A stretch of DNA of 64,000 bases. It comes from an uncultured archaeon. GTDB taxonomy: Archaea > Thermoplasmatota > Penumbrarchaeia > JASLWR01. Position numbers and translations under genes: made by a program. The DNA is taken from the NCBI GenBank assembly GCA_964342815.1, contig CAYFHS010000015.1, forward strand, positions 23,797-87,796. The letters run 5' to 3'. The notes under the pieces are model-generated. The model did no database searches. It saw only the letters and a list, made by a program, of their open reading frames with translations, and was not told the DNA's origin. Below, piece after piece: positions 39,001-48,919 of this stretch (position 1 is its first letter; each line of letters opens with the position of its first letter).

Positions 39001-42000
39001 TACTGAAAAAAGGGTTTGCGGTATGTTATAATAATTAATCTCTGCGCTGATGTTTATTTGATCGCTGGAAAGCGCTGATAAATCCTCCTGATCATTGGGA
39101 CGCGAGATTTCATTAATATTCAGATTTCGGATCATAGGATCCCCTCCCGCATACACCTTGACATTCCTTTCTATGAACGATGTATTTCCGCCGGTGTCCC
39201 TTATCGTTAGCCGTACAATGAAAATACCCTCGTGGTCGTATGTATGATTTGCTTTGGCGCTAAATGATACGTTGCCGTCCCCAAAGTCCCAGGTGTAATT
39301 ATCAATAGCAGCCGGACCGCCGGGATAACTACCGGATGAATCGAAGTTCATATTGGTGGAGGTCGTTGTAATGGATAGATCGGAATAAGGAAAGACTGGG
39401 ACGGGATATCCCGGTGGTACAACTTGGAGCTGTATCGATCTATTATCATATGTACCGTTGGTGTCGTTCCGTACTGAAAGATTTACCCTGAAGGCCCCTG
39501 CCCTGGAATAGATATGGGAAAGACCGTGTTCATGGGAGATATTCCCGTCCCCGAGATCCCAAGTGACGTTATCGACATTTACGTCACCTTTAGGCTGGTA
39601 GCTGAAGTCGACGTTTCCTCCGACCTTGGAATCGTTCGCGGGACTTGTGATCACGGCGAATGGTGCATCGCTGCCTCTTACCACAATGTAACGCGCAGCT
39701 GTGTGTAGCTGGCCGAACTCTTCCATTATCCCTTCCAGTACGTATTCCCCGGTTACAAGACCAATGTCGGCTTCTCTACCGCTGGCTGCAGTTACTCCGT
39801 TCACTTCCCATCGGATCGTCAGATCATCAATATCCACACTCCTGCCCTGGAGATCAACGTTCATGGAAACATGGAAAGGTACTCCGTCACGAAGGTCCGG
39901 CTCACTGTTATCCTTTCCCGTGAATTCGATCCGGGGAATGAGGTCCGGCTCACTGTTGACATTGATCTGCACCGTATCCCGAGAAATGTATCCAGAACTT
40001 GCGATACCTGCGAGAGTGATTGTGTGCGTACCTTCACTGAGATAGGTATTGATCGAAGAGGAATAATTCTCAAGTATTCCATCTATATTGCTTTTCCAGA
40101 TATACCTATCCGAGGAAAAATTGCTTGTTTCAGCCCATAAGGAGATCGGTTCCAGATCATCGAATGATTTTCCCTCGGTACCGGCGATCTTCACTTCCGG
40201 CATTCTCCCGTTGAAAGATGTTATTTTTCGAGTGTACACCGAACTCAGGCCAATTTCGTTGGTGACGTTCAGGGAAATAATATGTTCTCCGCTGTTATTG
40301 AAATGATAAGTAATGGAGCTTTCGTTACCGGCATAAACTCCATCCACAGTCCATCTGTAATTTATTATCGTATGTTCCATGGGATGTTCGGCTGCGGCCT
40401 GCGATGGACCTGCATCAAAATGTACCATTGCATGATTTTCAAAGTGGTATTCATTCACCCGACCCTCTCCTCCCGTATTTAAGGCCGGCACCGGTACCAG
40501 GCTTCCCAAGACCGTGATATTGTAGTATATAGTATCGTTAAAAGTTAGACCTTTGGGTTCTTTTCCGGTTATTTGGGCACGGATACGATGAAAACCTGAT
40601 GACAGCTTCACTGAAATCTCTCTTCCGTCTCCCAGCTTGCCATCCCTGTCAGAGTCAAACGAAATATTTAATCCCACAAGATCATCATCGGGTTTGTTCC
40701 GGTCGTATACCTGAATAGATATATCTTTGCTGTCCGTGATGTGAATATCACCCGGAAGGTTATTCAGATCCTGGCCGTCAAAATGCGCTGCCAATGAAAA
40801 AACCGGAAATGGAGCGGGGACCATATTGATCTGCCATTCATCCCAGAATACGTCGCCATCGAATTCCATCCTTAGACTGAGATTATGAGTTCCCGCCACC
40901 AGAAGTATATCTGCTTCATTCTGATCGCTGATGAAACCCTGTATATCCGAATACCAGGCATACACCGCTTCTTCAGGGCCCCAGCACGATACACGAAACG
41001 GTGAGCCTTCAACACCCCTTAAGGTTTCTATGTTTGAACCGGCGTATAGTTTGTCCATTGATACTACATCTAGATCGATGGTGGAGTAATCGAGTATTTT
41101 TCCATCTTGTTCCAAAAAAACCGTAATCGTATGGTTTCCGGCGGACAGTAAGTGCCGGATCTCACTTCCGGTTCCCATCTCTCCATCGAGAGAGCTTATC
41201 CATCGGATGGTGCCGTTTTCGGTATATTGTGCTTCGAATCCGGTCATTGGCCATGGCCAATCATCGCCTCCCCCTCCATGATCACCTTGCGAGTATTCCT
41301 TAATCCAGTAAATGCTTCCGTTAGAGCCTGAGAAAAGATACAATTTCGGTGAAAGACTGCGCTCGCTGAAATACCCTTCTCCCATCACAAGAACGTCGGG
41401 AATACTATCCCCGGTCATGTCAGATACGGGATCGGCGGAAACGATGCGTTTGAAGATGCAGTTCGAATCCTCGTATAATCCGTTCTCCGGTAAAATATTA
41501 GAGTCTATGAAGGGTGCAGTGAGATTTTTCTTCCAGATATATTTTCCGTCACTTCCGGATATTGCAAATACCCTTGAATTCTTGCTCACATTGTAGATTG
41601 TATGGGCCCGATACTTCTCATGGTCGTTCCGGTCTCCGAAATCCTCCTGAAGAAAACCGGAAAGATCGTTTATACCGTCACCGTTAATATCGCCGAGAAC
41701 TGAAATGGAATGAAATGAATTAACAGCAAGATTATCGAGTGAACTCTTCTTTTCCCACAGCACGTCCCCGCTCTCTGAGCTTATCGTGTAAACTCCACGA
41801 ACCTGCAGGCCGTCATAATTGATATATGTGGTCACCAGAACGTCCTCGAGTCCTTTACCGTCGATATCCCCGATGGTGCTAACCTCCACATCGTCCTTTT
41901 TGATAAAATCCCAAATGATCTCGTCCTTGATGGTATCTATCAGGAACAGACCGCTTTCGCCGTAGGTCACGAGAACCTGGGAATAATCGTTTCCGACCAG

Positions 42001-43380
42001 TGGAACTAGCTGAACGTCCTCAATCATTGATTTGCTGTTCGACACGAAGAAAGGGTGATCGAAAACGGATGTAGTGAAATTCCCCTCCTTTGTATCGACG
42101 ATCTTTAGCTGCCCTTCCGTTAGCATTATGAGATCGTTCCAATCGTCTCCTGTGACGTCCTCAATCACGAGATAATCACCTACACCGTCGAAGGGAAATT
42201 GGGGATTGGATTTTTTTTCGGAAATTATTCTCGTTTGTTTGTTGGCTCCTATGGACATTACAAATAAAGAACTGCTTTTTCCTTCCTTCTCACTCCCCCC
42301 CGTATCTACAAGTACACAGGCATCGCTCACCCGGTCATTGTCGCAATCATTCATTTTTTTGATTATTATGTTCCCGAAATTTTCGGAGAAGTAATTCGTG
42401 GGTTCCTTCTTCTCGCGGTTGGCAAGGGATATCACGTCCTGTTCCCATAATTTCTTCCCGCTGGCGCCGTCAATGAGATAAACATTTCCCATCTCGGTAC
42501 CGGCAGCGATCTCACGGATCCCATCACCATTGGTATCATCCATAATAACCGGGGACCAGACTGATTTCGGGGCAGATAACTTCAGGGTAGCAAAAGCCAT
42601 TTTGGCTTTAAAGGAGTACTTGTTCTCGAGATTGCTTTTCCAGATCAGTTTTCCATCGGCAGACGATACCGATCGCAGCGCACCTTCCTGTGTGTTGATG
42701 ATAACGTCAGCTTCTCCATCCCCATTCATATCACTACCTATCACGATATTCCAGAAATCATTTTTTCCGGTATGGGTCCAAATTATTTCACCGGTCTCGA
42801 TATCAAGACAGAAAAGCGTTCTCCACGAGTTGACCAACACCCTGGGATTCTCCCCCCATAGGAGTTCAAGAGCGTTCCAGGAACGGGTTTCCTCTTCATG
42901 CCAGCCCAGATTTGCAGTGTAAACCTCTTCCGTGGGAGCAAAATCCCATATCTTAACACCGGTTCGACTCGATGAGAATACCACATTCGGATGTACCTGA
43001 TCGATACATGTATATCCGATATCTCTCACTCCATCACCATCCACATCAGGTCCGGTAAAGACCGAGGTGACCGGTGAGGACACAGGTAGGCGGTTATATA
43101 CCTCCCCATTATCTAGTTCAAGGATATACACACCGGAAGTAGTACCGAAGATAACGGAATCGTTCCCAGCGGGTTCCCAAAGATCGGCGATTCTCAAGGG
43201 CGTGGTGATTGAGCCGGAAAATCCCTTGATATTCATCCAGAGAAGGCCGTTCCTCGCGAGCATCTCCTTCTGTGCTTCCTGCGAGGTGATTTCGCCGTCC
43301 GTTTCGGGAGGAATAAGATTTATCGTCTGAAAGATGAGCGTTAGGGATACTAATACCAGGAATAATCTGCTGTTTTTCAT
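36061..43380 (-). CDS. Giant (~2440 aa) membrane-anchored surface protein: FG-GAP/PQQ-like beta-propeller repeats plus a PKD/Ig array
   Basis: Signal peptide MKNSRLFLVLV...; many D-x-[DNT]-G-D-G motifs; PKD motifs (WDLGDG, WDFGDG..S..A.HTY); C-terminal TM, basic patch and acidic tail. Confidence 0.88.
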   Translation of the reverse strand: MKNSRLFLVLVSLTLIFQTINLIPPETDGEITSQEAQKEMLARNGLLWMNIKGFSGSITTPLRIADLWEPAGNDSVIFGTTSGVYILELDNGEVYNRLPVSSPVTSVFTGPDVDGDGVRDIGYTCIDQVHPNVVFSSSRTGVKIWDFAPTEEVYTANLGWHEEETRSWNALELLWGENPRVLVNSWRTLFCLDIETGEIIWTHTGKNDFWNIVIGSDMNGDGEADVIINTQEGALRSVSSADGKLIWKSNLENKYSFKAKMAFATLKLSAPKSVWSPVIMDDTNGDGIREIAAGTEMGNVYLIDGASGKKLWEQDVISLANREKKEPTNYFSENFGNIIIKKMNDCDNDRVSDACVLVDTGGSEKEGKSSSLFVMSIGANKQTRIISEKKSNPQFPFDGVGDYLVIEDVTGDDWNDLIMLTEGQLKIVDTKEGNFTTSVFDHPFFVSNSKSMIEDVQLVPLVGNDYSQVLVTYGESGLFLIDTIKDEIIWDFIKKDDVEVSTIGDIDGKGLEDVLVTTYINYDGLQVRGVYTISSESGDVLWEKKSSLDNLAVNSFHSISVLGDINGDGINDLSGFLQEDFGDRNDHEKYRAHTIYNVSKNSRVFAISGSDGKYIWKKNLTAPFIDSNILPENGLYEDSNCIFKRIVSADPVSDMTGDSIPDVLVMGEGYFSERSLSPKLYLFSGSNGSIYWIKEYSQGDHGGGGDDWPWPMTGFEAQYTENGTIRWISSLDGEMGTGSEIRHLLSAGNHTITVFLEQDGKILDYSTIDLDVVSMDKLYAGSNIETLRGVEGSPFRVSCWGPEEAVYAWYSDIQGFISDQNEADILLVAGTHNLSLRMEFDGDVFWDEWQINMVPAPFPVFSLAAHFDGQDLNNLPGDIHITDSKDISIQVYDRNKPDDDLVGLNISFDSDRDGKLGDGREISVKLSSGFHRIRAQITGKEPKGLTFNDTIYYNITVLGSLVPVPALNTGGEGRVNEYHFENHAMVHFDAGPSQAAAEHPMEHTIINYRWTVDGVYAGNESSITYHFNNSGEHIISLNVTNEIGLSSVYTRKITSFNGRMPEVKIAGTEGKSFDDLEPISLWAETSNFSSDRYIWKSNIDGILENYSSSINTYLSEGTHTITLAGIASSGYISRDTVQINVNSEPDLIPRIEFTGKDNSEPDLRDGVPFHVSMNVDLQGRSVDIDDLTIRWEVNGVTAASGREADIGLVTGEYVLEGIMEEFGQLHTAARYIVVRGSDAPFAVITSPANDSKVGGNVDFSYQPKGDVNVDNVTWDLGDGNISHEHGLSHIYSRAGAFRVNLSVRNDTNGTYDNRSIQLQVVPPGYPVPVFPYSDLSITTTSTNMNFDSSGSYPGGPAAIDNYTWDFGDGNVSFSAKANHTYDHEGIFIVRLTIRDTGGNTSFIERNVKVYAGGDPMIRNLNINEISRPNDQEDLSALSSDQINISAEINYYNIPQTLFSVEYASDIDGFLGTGNHMIESLNPGRHIITCSLKRNGMVSVAAKRILMVYADEEPLIKLNARDETENFYRDGLSFPAGHNIIFDMSSSMASANTGLQGTFENISFNFSGPYNPLIVYSNPASHYFSTPGLHSVTVEAKNNFLVTGRRTFPLNIYRRTVDISINRPYAGILTGRDGEGMEMGVEINTNNNGFASNEKLNITWRSSLDDIIGTGRDISAKLSKGFHDINVTVDNSKGLTATKKVSVRIKEGAFPLAFIRDKMNLVKNIYSPDDEVHMNAYNPGSIQQNARWISSIDGNLTEGEWLGKKLSPGIHNITLECFTSAEKISRDNVIIKVAGGEPLITIMRPDNNSIVQGLFVPGGSGIGGKTSDTTKVEFLSQENNFYRVMQQSNGSYHVLSASWDRIYCGLIKKTGEALVKPIWIFPDIFLVTLDNSSNDPEKKGELPRISDFFPYIDNFDPSRITVLGDVNGDGVDELGLQYWGPNSNGIIILDTSSGMPLNLDPSQDDKYNALKDMERFNFATKLTEGLSSIYGDDYNDDGYSDVIVFDKWSEEWEEGPAVKAISGKDNRNLWEYKGIFGRVQTEYDSSVPMTFIDDSTGDGIGDIAVASVSEILILDGASGKPSNRYKYQKSPVKIEEDSNPPPVSFITEVDDFSGDGKKDLVLLYQVETEVKRITELKMIETEGYTSYRTIPLPEANILSTSDVNGDSRADLMLSTSDLVFRLDSTFGLNILSPSPGSVGGDVVSVSWDKDSVRCELFVDRKSWGYFDDGTAELTMTGGEHVIEVRLTDDFGGTISDTVVIDVPESTLPTVINYVIIGILLLLFILSIALPMVTRARREKRMGKQKEVLKEKEESEQEEFITSAKKNINRVWTREKSDIRITSMFLTDEVDYVGQSDGPSEGWQDAQTPELPYPDGGGVEYLPPPEDFHSEEDEGDEWSSGPYRDEDWPDVGDPADSPHWTSSDLSSEDGYSHDEGGDWLD

Positions 43381-43648
43381 TTTTACCAGGCTCCGTTTGA
43401 TTAATGATTGAGATGGACTCGGTGTTGTGAACAAATAAAATCGGATTGATATGAGAGAACTCTTTATTATTAATAAACTACCATCATTTTTCAAACTTAG
43501 CCTGATGGAATCCTGGTTGTCGATAGATATTTCTTTAGAGTAAATAAGCTTATTGATAGTTCCCAGTATACATTGATCCATAAAAAAGAATAGATTTTCA
43601 GATCCCTTGTTCAGGCTATCTTCAATTTATTTCTTCGTCACTGATAAA

Positions 43649-44047
43649 TCAAATAAAATCTTTTCTTCCAATGATTATCAAGATAACAGCACCAATTCCC
43701 AGTATCGAGGCGATAAAATATGGAACAATGATGAGAAAGAGGCATATGATGGCTCCCGTCAACGCTAGCCCCCATTTCTTCTTCATCAACGAAAAGATAC
43801 CACCCATAATGGTGATAAGTGCAGGAATTAACATTATTCCGGCCCCGATCTGAGCAATTCCACTAATGAAAATATTTGACATATCTTCCCCTTCTGTCTT
43901 AAAAAATACCAGATAATATATGCAGAAACCCAACGAAACAATACCTGTCGTGAGCAAAATTATGCCCGCTGCCACGGGAATGGGTGAAGTTTTCAGAGCT
44001 TTTTCTTGATCGTATGATTCATTGTCCGGATCGGCTGATTTTTCCAA
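43649..44047 (-). CDS. Small hypothetical membrane protein (3-4 TM)
   Basis: Hydrophobic helices and the motif GGIFSLMKKKWGLALTGAI. Confidence 0.7.
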   Translation of the reverse strand: MEKSADPDNESYDQEKALKTSPIPVAAGIILLTTGIVSLGFCIYYLVFFKTEGEDMSNIFISGIAQIGAGIMLIPALITIMGGIFSLMKKKWGLALTGAIICLFLIIVPYFIASILGIGAVILIIIGRKDFI

Positions 44048-44134
44048 TGTATCACCAGGAATTTATCAGAATGTTTTTAATCAACCATTTGAATAAATAT
44101 ACCATTTATAAATTTTTTTGAAGAATAGTGTGAG

Positions 44135-44320
44135 TCAGATATTATTTAACAATCTGATAGAATATTGATATATTCTTTTCTTCAGAAATGCCATCTTAAA
44201 TGGAATCCCCTCTTCATAATGCTCGGGGAAATAAATGTTCTTCTCAGATCCCTTATCAAGCAGTTTTTCAAGCTTAACCAGTGTGTCCACGGCCTTCTCT
44301 TCCATCTCTTCAAAGCTCAT
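44135..44320 (-). CDS. Possible small hypothetical protein
   Basis: 61-aa ORF in an intergenic gap, AGGTG upstream, no recognisable motif. Confidence 0.3.
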   Translation of the reverse strand: MSFEEMEEKAVDTLVKLEKLLDKGSEKNIYFPEHYEEGIPFKMAFLKKRIYQYSIRLLNNI

Positions 44321-44590
44321 TTTGCGGCACCTATTAAGTTCCTTCCACGGTCTTTTATAGATTGTAATTCCCTACCTATTGATTCATAAAACTTCTTTTT
44401 ATCTGGTACAACCATTATCCCAACTCTAATCGGTATTATTATTTTCTATTGCTTGAAAAAGGATATATTTGTAAAATCCTTTCCTAAGTTCTATATTTTA
44501 TCGAGCTTTTCCTCCTAAATCGTTTCTCTCCTATGGATAAACTAATACTGATATGCTATTTAATCGGTTCTAAACAAGATTCGTTCTAAT

Positions 44591-45730
44591 TTACTTGATA
44601 TTCGGTCGCTCGAGAGAGATCACAAGCAGTTCGTCTTTTTTACGGATACGAGTCCCGGGAGGCGGATTTATCAGGAACCGGTCGATATAATATGCTTTTA
44701 TGTCATCCTTGCCGTTTTTGAGGTGTGTTTCATTTACCGAAGGGTTGATATCCTTTCGTACCATGGCCACCGCGATCATGTTTTTATCAAGCAGTTTCGC
44801 GGAAGTTTCCCTGAAGCTACGGCCCACCATCTTTGAAGTCACCTTTATACGGTAAACCTCATTTCCCTCACTGTCGAACGTGAGAAGACTTCTGAAAATC
44901 TCGTATGTACCGGGTGATAGGATCGATTGTGCAATGAGGCTGTGAGTAAGTGTCTTCGAATGGATAATTTCCGTTACACCGATCCGGTTAAAATGTTTTT
45001 TGTTACCCAGATCTTCCAGCTCTGCTATGATATTCAGGTCAGGACAAAATGATCTTGCGGCCAATGCTGTAAGAAACGTCCCCGAATCCTTGTTATCCGT
45101 ACCATGTCCTTCCGATTCATTCAATATTATCAGCGTTCCCGCATTTTTAAGATCGGCCAGTTCCATGAACTCATCCTTGATGAGAGTCCCGAAAATGCTG
45201 TACACTTGTTTATAATTCGCCTTCGCTTCGATAGGTATATGATCATTAAGCTCAGTAACAATTACTATGGAAGGTTTGTCCTTTATCACCGGCGAGCGGA
45301 GTTCCCGCACTATATTTTTGGTTTTTTCGGTATAACCGGCTATTACCACGTGGTTCGAAAGTGAGAGTTTGGCTGATTTTGGTGTTACGTTCTGACCATG
45401 CACGATGTTCTTTATCAGATCAGATGCCAGTGTGGCTACGAAACCTCCGATCGTAAGCGCTCCCAGGAGAACCGCGAACACGGCCAGAAGGCGTTCGCCG
45501 CCAGCCAACGTTGGGTCCCCGGTGGCGTTCTTCGGGATTCCCTGGTCTTCGAGACCGCTTGTGAGAAAAACCAGTATGGACCAGAAGGAATCCCAAAGGC
45601 TCATGTTCTCAGATATCAGCGTGAGAACAACCGAAAAGGAGAACCAAACGAACAGAATCAGGAATCCAAGTGAGATATATTTATGGGTGATGACGAATCC
45701 CAGTAATCGTTTATACGGGCTGGTGGCCAA
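44591..45730 (-). CDS. Two-TM ion channel with C-terminal RCK (TrkA-N/C) domains and a non-canonical filter
   Basis: TM, pore helix (WDSFWSILVFLTSGLED), TM, then HVVIAGY, ADLKNA..LII and IIAEL RCK motifs. Confidence 0.8.
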   Translation of the reverse strand: MATSPYKRLLGFVITHKYISLGFLILFVWFSFSVVLTLISENMSLWDSFWSILVFLTSGLEDQGIPKNATGDPTLAGGERLLAVFAVLLGALTIGGFVATLASDLIKNIVHGQNVTPKSAKLSLSNHVVIAGYTEKTKNIVRELRSPVIKDKPSIVIVTELNDHIPIEAKANYKQVYSIFGTLIKDEFMELADLKNAGTLIILNESEGHGTDNKDSGTFLTALAARSFCPDLNIIAELEDLGNKKHFNRIGVTEIIHSKTLTHSLIAQSILSPGTYEIFRSLLTFDSEGNEVYRIKVTSKMVGRSFRETSAKLLDKNMIAVAMVRKDINPSVNETHLKNGKDDIKAYYIDRFLINPPPGTRIRKKDELLVISLERPNIK

Positions 45731-45774
45731 GGTATTCCCCTATTTCATTGTTTGATAAAAAAGATCAATACCCA

Positions 45775-46485
45775 TCACTTCAGATCCGCTATATCGGGTT
45801 TGGTAATGGCAATAACCCATATTACATCGCCCTTTTTAAAACGACTCCCCGCCAGAGGATTGATCAGGGGAGTACGTGAGTCAGCATGCTTTAAACCTGT
45901 CAGGATTATCCTTTTTTCAAGCAGATTGATAAATAGCGAGCGGAAGGTCTTCCCCACATAATTTTTCGGCAGATCCAGCCGGTACACCTCGTTACCTTGT
46001 TCCTGAAAGGTCAGCAGCTCCAGGAAAAAGTTTGTGATACCCGGATTCATGGAAGCCTGGGAAAGCATCTTTTCCGATATCTCGTTGACGCTTATGATCT
46101 CATCCACTGTGGTTCTTCTGAAATGCACGATATTGCGGGAATCGAGAACTTCGACGCAGGTATATACCTCGCGGTTGATATTTTCGATGGCCAATGCGAT
46201 CAGAATAGATTTCGAATCCGCATATTCTCTTTCGTTCTCGTTTGCAAGTATTATCGCGCCGTACGCTTCGGCCACATTGGCTCTTCTCAAGGTAGTATCG
46301 TCTGTTGGGTCTCCGTGTACCGCATAGACGTCATCGAACTCGCTGTCCTTGGGCATCTCGCCGATGTCCTTGTCGATGATAACGATGGTCTTCTTGCCCT
46401 TGACCACCGGTGCATGCAGCTCTTTGATGATGTTTACCGCTTTGCTGTTCCAATGACATATTATGATGTGATCCTTTATTTTCAA
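45775..46485 (-). CDS. Stand-alone RCK (TrkA-family) gating-ring protein
   Basis: KDHIIICHWN, VHGDPT...LRRANV..A, DSKSILIALAI; no TM helix; adjacent to the channel gene. Confidence 0.85.
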   Translation of the reverse strand: MKIKDHIIICHWNSKAVNIIKELHAPVVKGKKTIVIIDKDIGEMPKDSEFDDVYAVHGDPTDDTTLRRANVAEAYGAIILANENEREYADSKSILIALAIENINREVYTCVEVLDSRNIVHFRRTTVDEIISVNEISEKMLSQASMNPGITNFFLELLTFQEQGNEVYRLDLPKNYVGKTFRSLFINLLEKRIILTGLKHADSRTPLINPLAGSRFKKGDVIWVIAITKPDIADLK

Positions 46486-46505
46486 CTTTTACCCCCCAAT
46501 GAATT

Positions 46506-47882
46506 TTACTTACTTCTTCCTTTTTTCATCTCAGTGAAAACATTGGTGAACTCTAGTTCCAATTCGTTAAGCCTTTTTTCAGAATGTGCTTCAACGGTTA
46601 TTCTTACCTTTGGCTGCGTGTTCGAACACCGGATCAACCCCCACCCGTCCGGATAGTTGATTCTTGCACCGTCGATTGTGCTGATCTCCAGATCGGAGCG
46701 TTCCATGGATTTGTAAAAGGTCACCACGTCCTCTATCACGTCGAACTTGATCCCGTCACCGCAGTCAAGTGCCTTTTCTGTTTTCGGATATGATGGTATC
46801 TCATCGGAAAGCTCCCCGAGAGTCGAGGTTCCGTTGGAGACAAGTTCCAGTAAAATCAGACTGGTCAAGAGCGGATCATCGAAAGAATAATCGAATGGAA
46901 TGAAAAAGTGAGCGCTGTCCTCCGCGGCAAACGATGCCCTATGCTCCTTTATAGCTTCCGCGACGAACACATCCCCTACTCTGATGGTGATCACCTCACC
47001 TCCGGCACGCTCGATTTCTTCTTTTACTATCATTGAACCGGAAACGGTGGTAATAACGGGCCCGGAATGATCTTTTATGATCATCCTGCCTAGAAGAACC
47101 GCCACCTTCTCCACCTGTACAACCCTGCCTCGCTCGTCAACGAATACACACCTATCTGCATCACCGTCGAAACCGATACCGAGGTCGGCTCCCGATTTTA
47201 CCACCATATCGCAAAGATCCTTGAGAGTTTCAGCGTTCGGCTCCGAAGGCCTCCCAGGGAAGGTTCCATCCACCTGTGAGTTAATTGTAATAACATTCAT
47301 GCCAAGCTTTTTCAAGATCAGCGGAGCGGTGAGAGTCCCAACACCGTTGCCGGGATCGATCACTACTGTCAATTTAGTTTCGAAAGAACAATGTCTCGTT
47401 ATAAAGGCCAGATATTCCTCGATAACCCTGTCGCTGTCTTCATAGAAAACTTGGCCCAATGAATCCCAATCCGCTTTTAGGAAACGATTTTCCAAATAGA
47501 TATCACGTATCTTATGGTTTCCACTGGTGTATCCGGTGCCGTCAGGGTGCCTGAAACGTATCCCGTTATATTCCGCGGGGTTATGTGAAGCAGTAATATA
47601 TGTACCTGCCTTGAATTCATTCTTCCAGGTCCAGTAATTTGCAGTTGGTATAGGCAGGAGACCCAGTGATACGACATCGACCCCTGTGGAAACTATACCG
47701 GATATAAGAGCTTGCTCCATAGCAATGCTGGAAGTTCTGCCATCCCTTCCGATAGATACTCTTCCGGTGCCACCAAGATAAGTTCCAAACGCCATTCCTA
47801 TCTTTGCCACGATCGAGGGGTTCAGCTCTTCATTATAGATTCCTCTGATGTCATAAGCCCTAAATATGTTGTTCATTATCAT
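46506..47882 (-). CDS. Phosphomannomutase/phosphoglucomutase (alpha-D-phosphohexomutase)
   Basis: IFRAYDIRG, ITASHNP (catalytic Ser), FDGDADR (Mg loop) and RCSNTQP. Confidence 0.95.
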   Translation of the reverse strand: MIMNNIFRAYDIRGIYNEELNPSIVAKIGMAFGTYLGGTGRVSIGRDGRTSSIAMEQALISGIVSTGVDVVSLGLLPIPTANYWTWKNEFKAGTYITASHNPAEYNGIRFRHPDGTGYTSGNHKIRDIYLENRFLKADWDSLGQVFYEDSDRVIEEYLAFITRHCSFETKLTVVIDPGNGVGTLTAPLILKKLGMNVITINSQVDGTFPGRPSEPNAETLKDLCDMVVKSGADLGIGFDGDADRCVFVDERGRVVQVEKVAVLLGRMIIKDHSGPVITTVSGSMIVKEEIERAGGEVITIRVGDVFVAEAIKEHRASFAAEDSAHFFIPFDYSFDDPLLTSLILLELVSNGTSTLGELSDEIPSYPKTEKALDCGDGIKFDVIEDVVTFYKSMERSDLEISTIDGARINYPDGWGLIRCSNTQPKVRITVEAHSEKRLNELELEFTNVFTEMKKGRSK

Positions 47883-47957
47883 TCACCTTGCTCTTGAATA
47901 AGAAATAATTACTTGGCCCCTGGGTATTACCAATGTAATTTATTAACCCGCCCAACA

Positions 47958-48605
47958 TCACGATTCAAAATCCGCTTCCAACATTTTCTCGAACATGATT
48001 CTAGGCTTTAAGTTAAACTCGTCGGTCTTTTCCAGCTCGGCCTTTGTGGGATCGATATAGACGAAACTGTCTGTAGCATCGAATAATGCTTCCATTTCCC
48101 TTATGAAAAACTCGTTTTCCTCTATGTGGGGAAAATCTTGAAAGAGAAACTCAATGGATCCATTAATAGTTGCCAATTTTTCTTCAAATAATCTCTCACC
48201 TAAACCCATAAAAGAAACAGGGCGCAATCCTTTTGAATGAGATAGAAGACCCATTTTCTCCAAGGTCTTTGCCCGGGTGCGAAGATCCTGCCAACGATGC
48301 ACCATTTCTTCAGTATCCGGGATCCCGTTCTTTCTTTCACTGAAAAGTGTGATCAGATCACGTTTTACATTCTCCCTGCATATCTTACGTATGCACTCCA
48401 TACAGCGGTCATTCTCCTTGAATAACGGTTCTAATTCATCGAGTTCATCATATTGGTTCGTCAGGTAAGGATTATTCCCCAGTAACTCAATTTTTTCTAT
48501 TCCTTGGGTGGAAATTCGAAATTCATTATTACAGATCGAACATCTCTGCCATGATCCCTCATGGTGATTGTTGGCAGTAAGCTCTGGATAATTGGACTCG
48601 ACCAT
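47958..48605 (-). CDS. Hypothetical protein with N-terminal Cys motifs
   Basis: 215-aa ORF; CSIC and CMECIRKIC could form a Zn site; no family recognised. Confidence 0.55.
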   Translation of the reverse strand: MVESNYPELTANNHHEGSWQRCSICNNEFRISTQGIEKIELLGNNPYLTNQYDELDELEPLFKENDRCMECIRKICRENVKRDLITLFSERKNGIPDTEEMVHRWQDLRTRAKTLEKMGLLSHSKGLRPVSFMGLGERLFEEKLATINGSIEFLFQDFPHIEENEFFIREMEALFDATDSFVYIDPTKAELEKTDEFNLKPRIMFEKMLEADFES

Positions 48606-48919
48606 GTTATCAGCACCGTTATCACGCTTGTGATATTATAAATCTTTGGGTTAGACATACTTTCAAGAATTCCAGATTTTTTTTTATCCATTATAACTTT
48701 TTACAATAACCCAAAACACATGTAATTCAGTAACGGAACTTCCAGATATTACTTTCTGTATGAAATGAACTTTGTTGTGGCGATTTATTGAAAATATCAG
48801 CATATTAATATAATATGAATCCTGTACCAATTACTATAAATAGAATTTAAACCTAATGTATTTACTGCATTTGCAATCACATCAATCTCATAGGAAAACC
48901 AACAAGGAACTCTGAGAAA

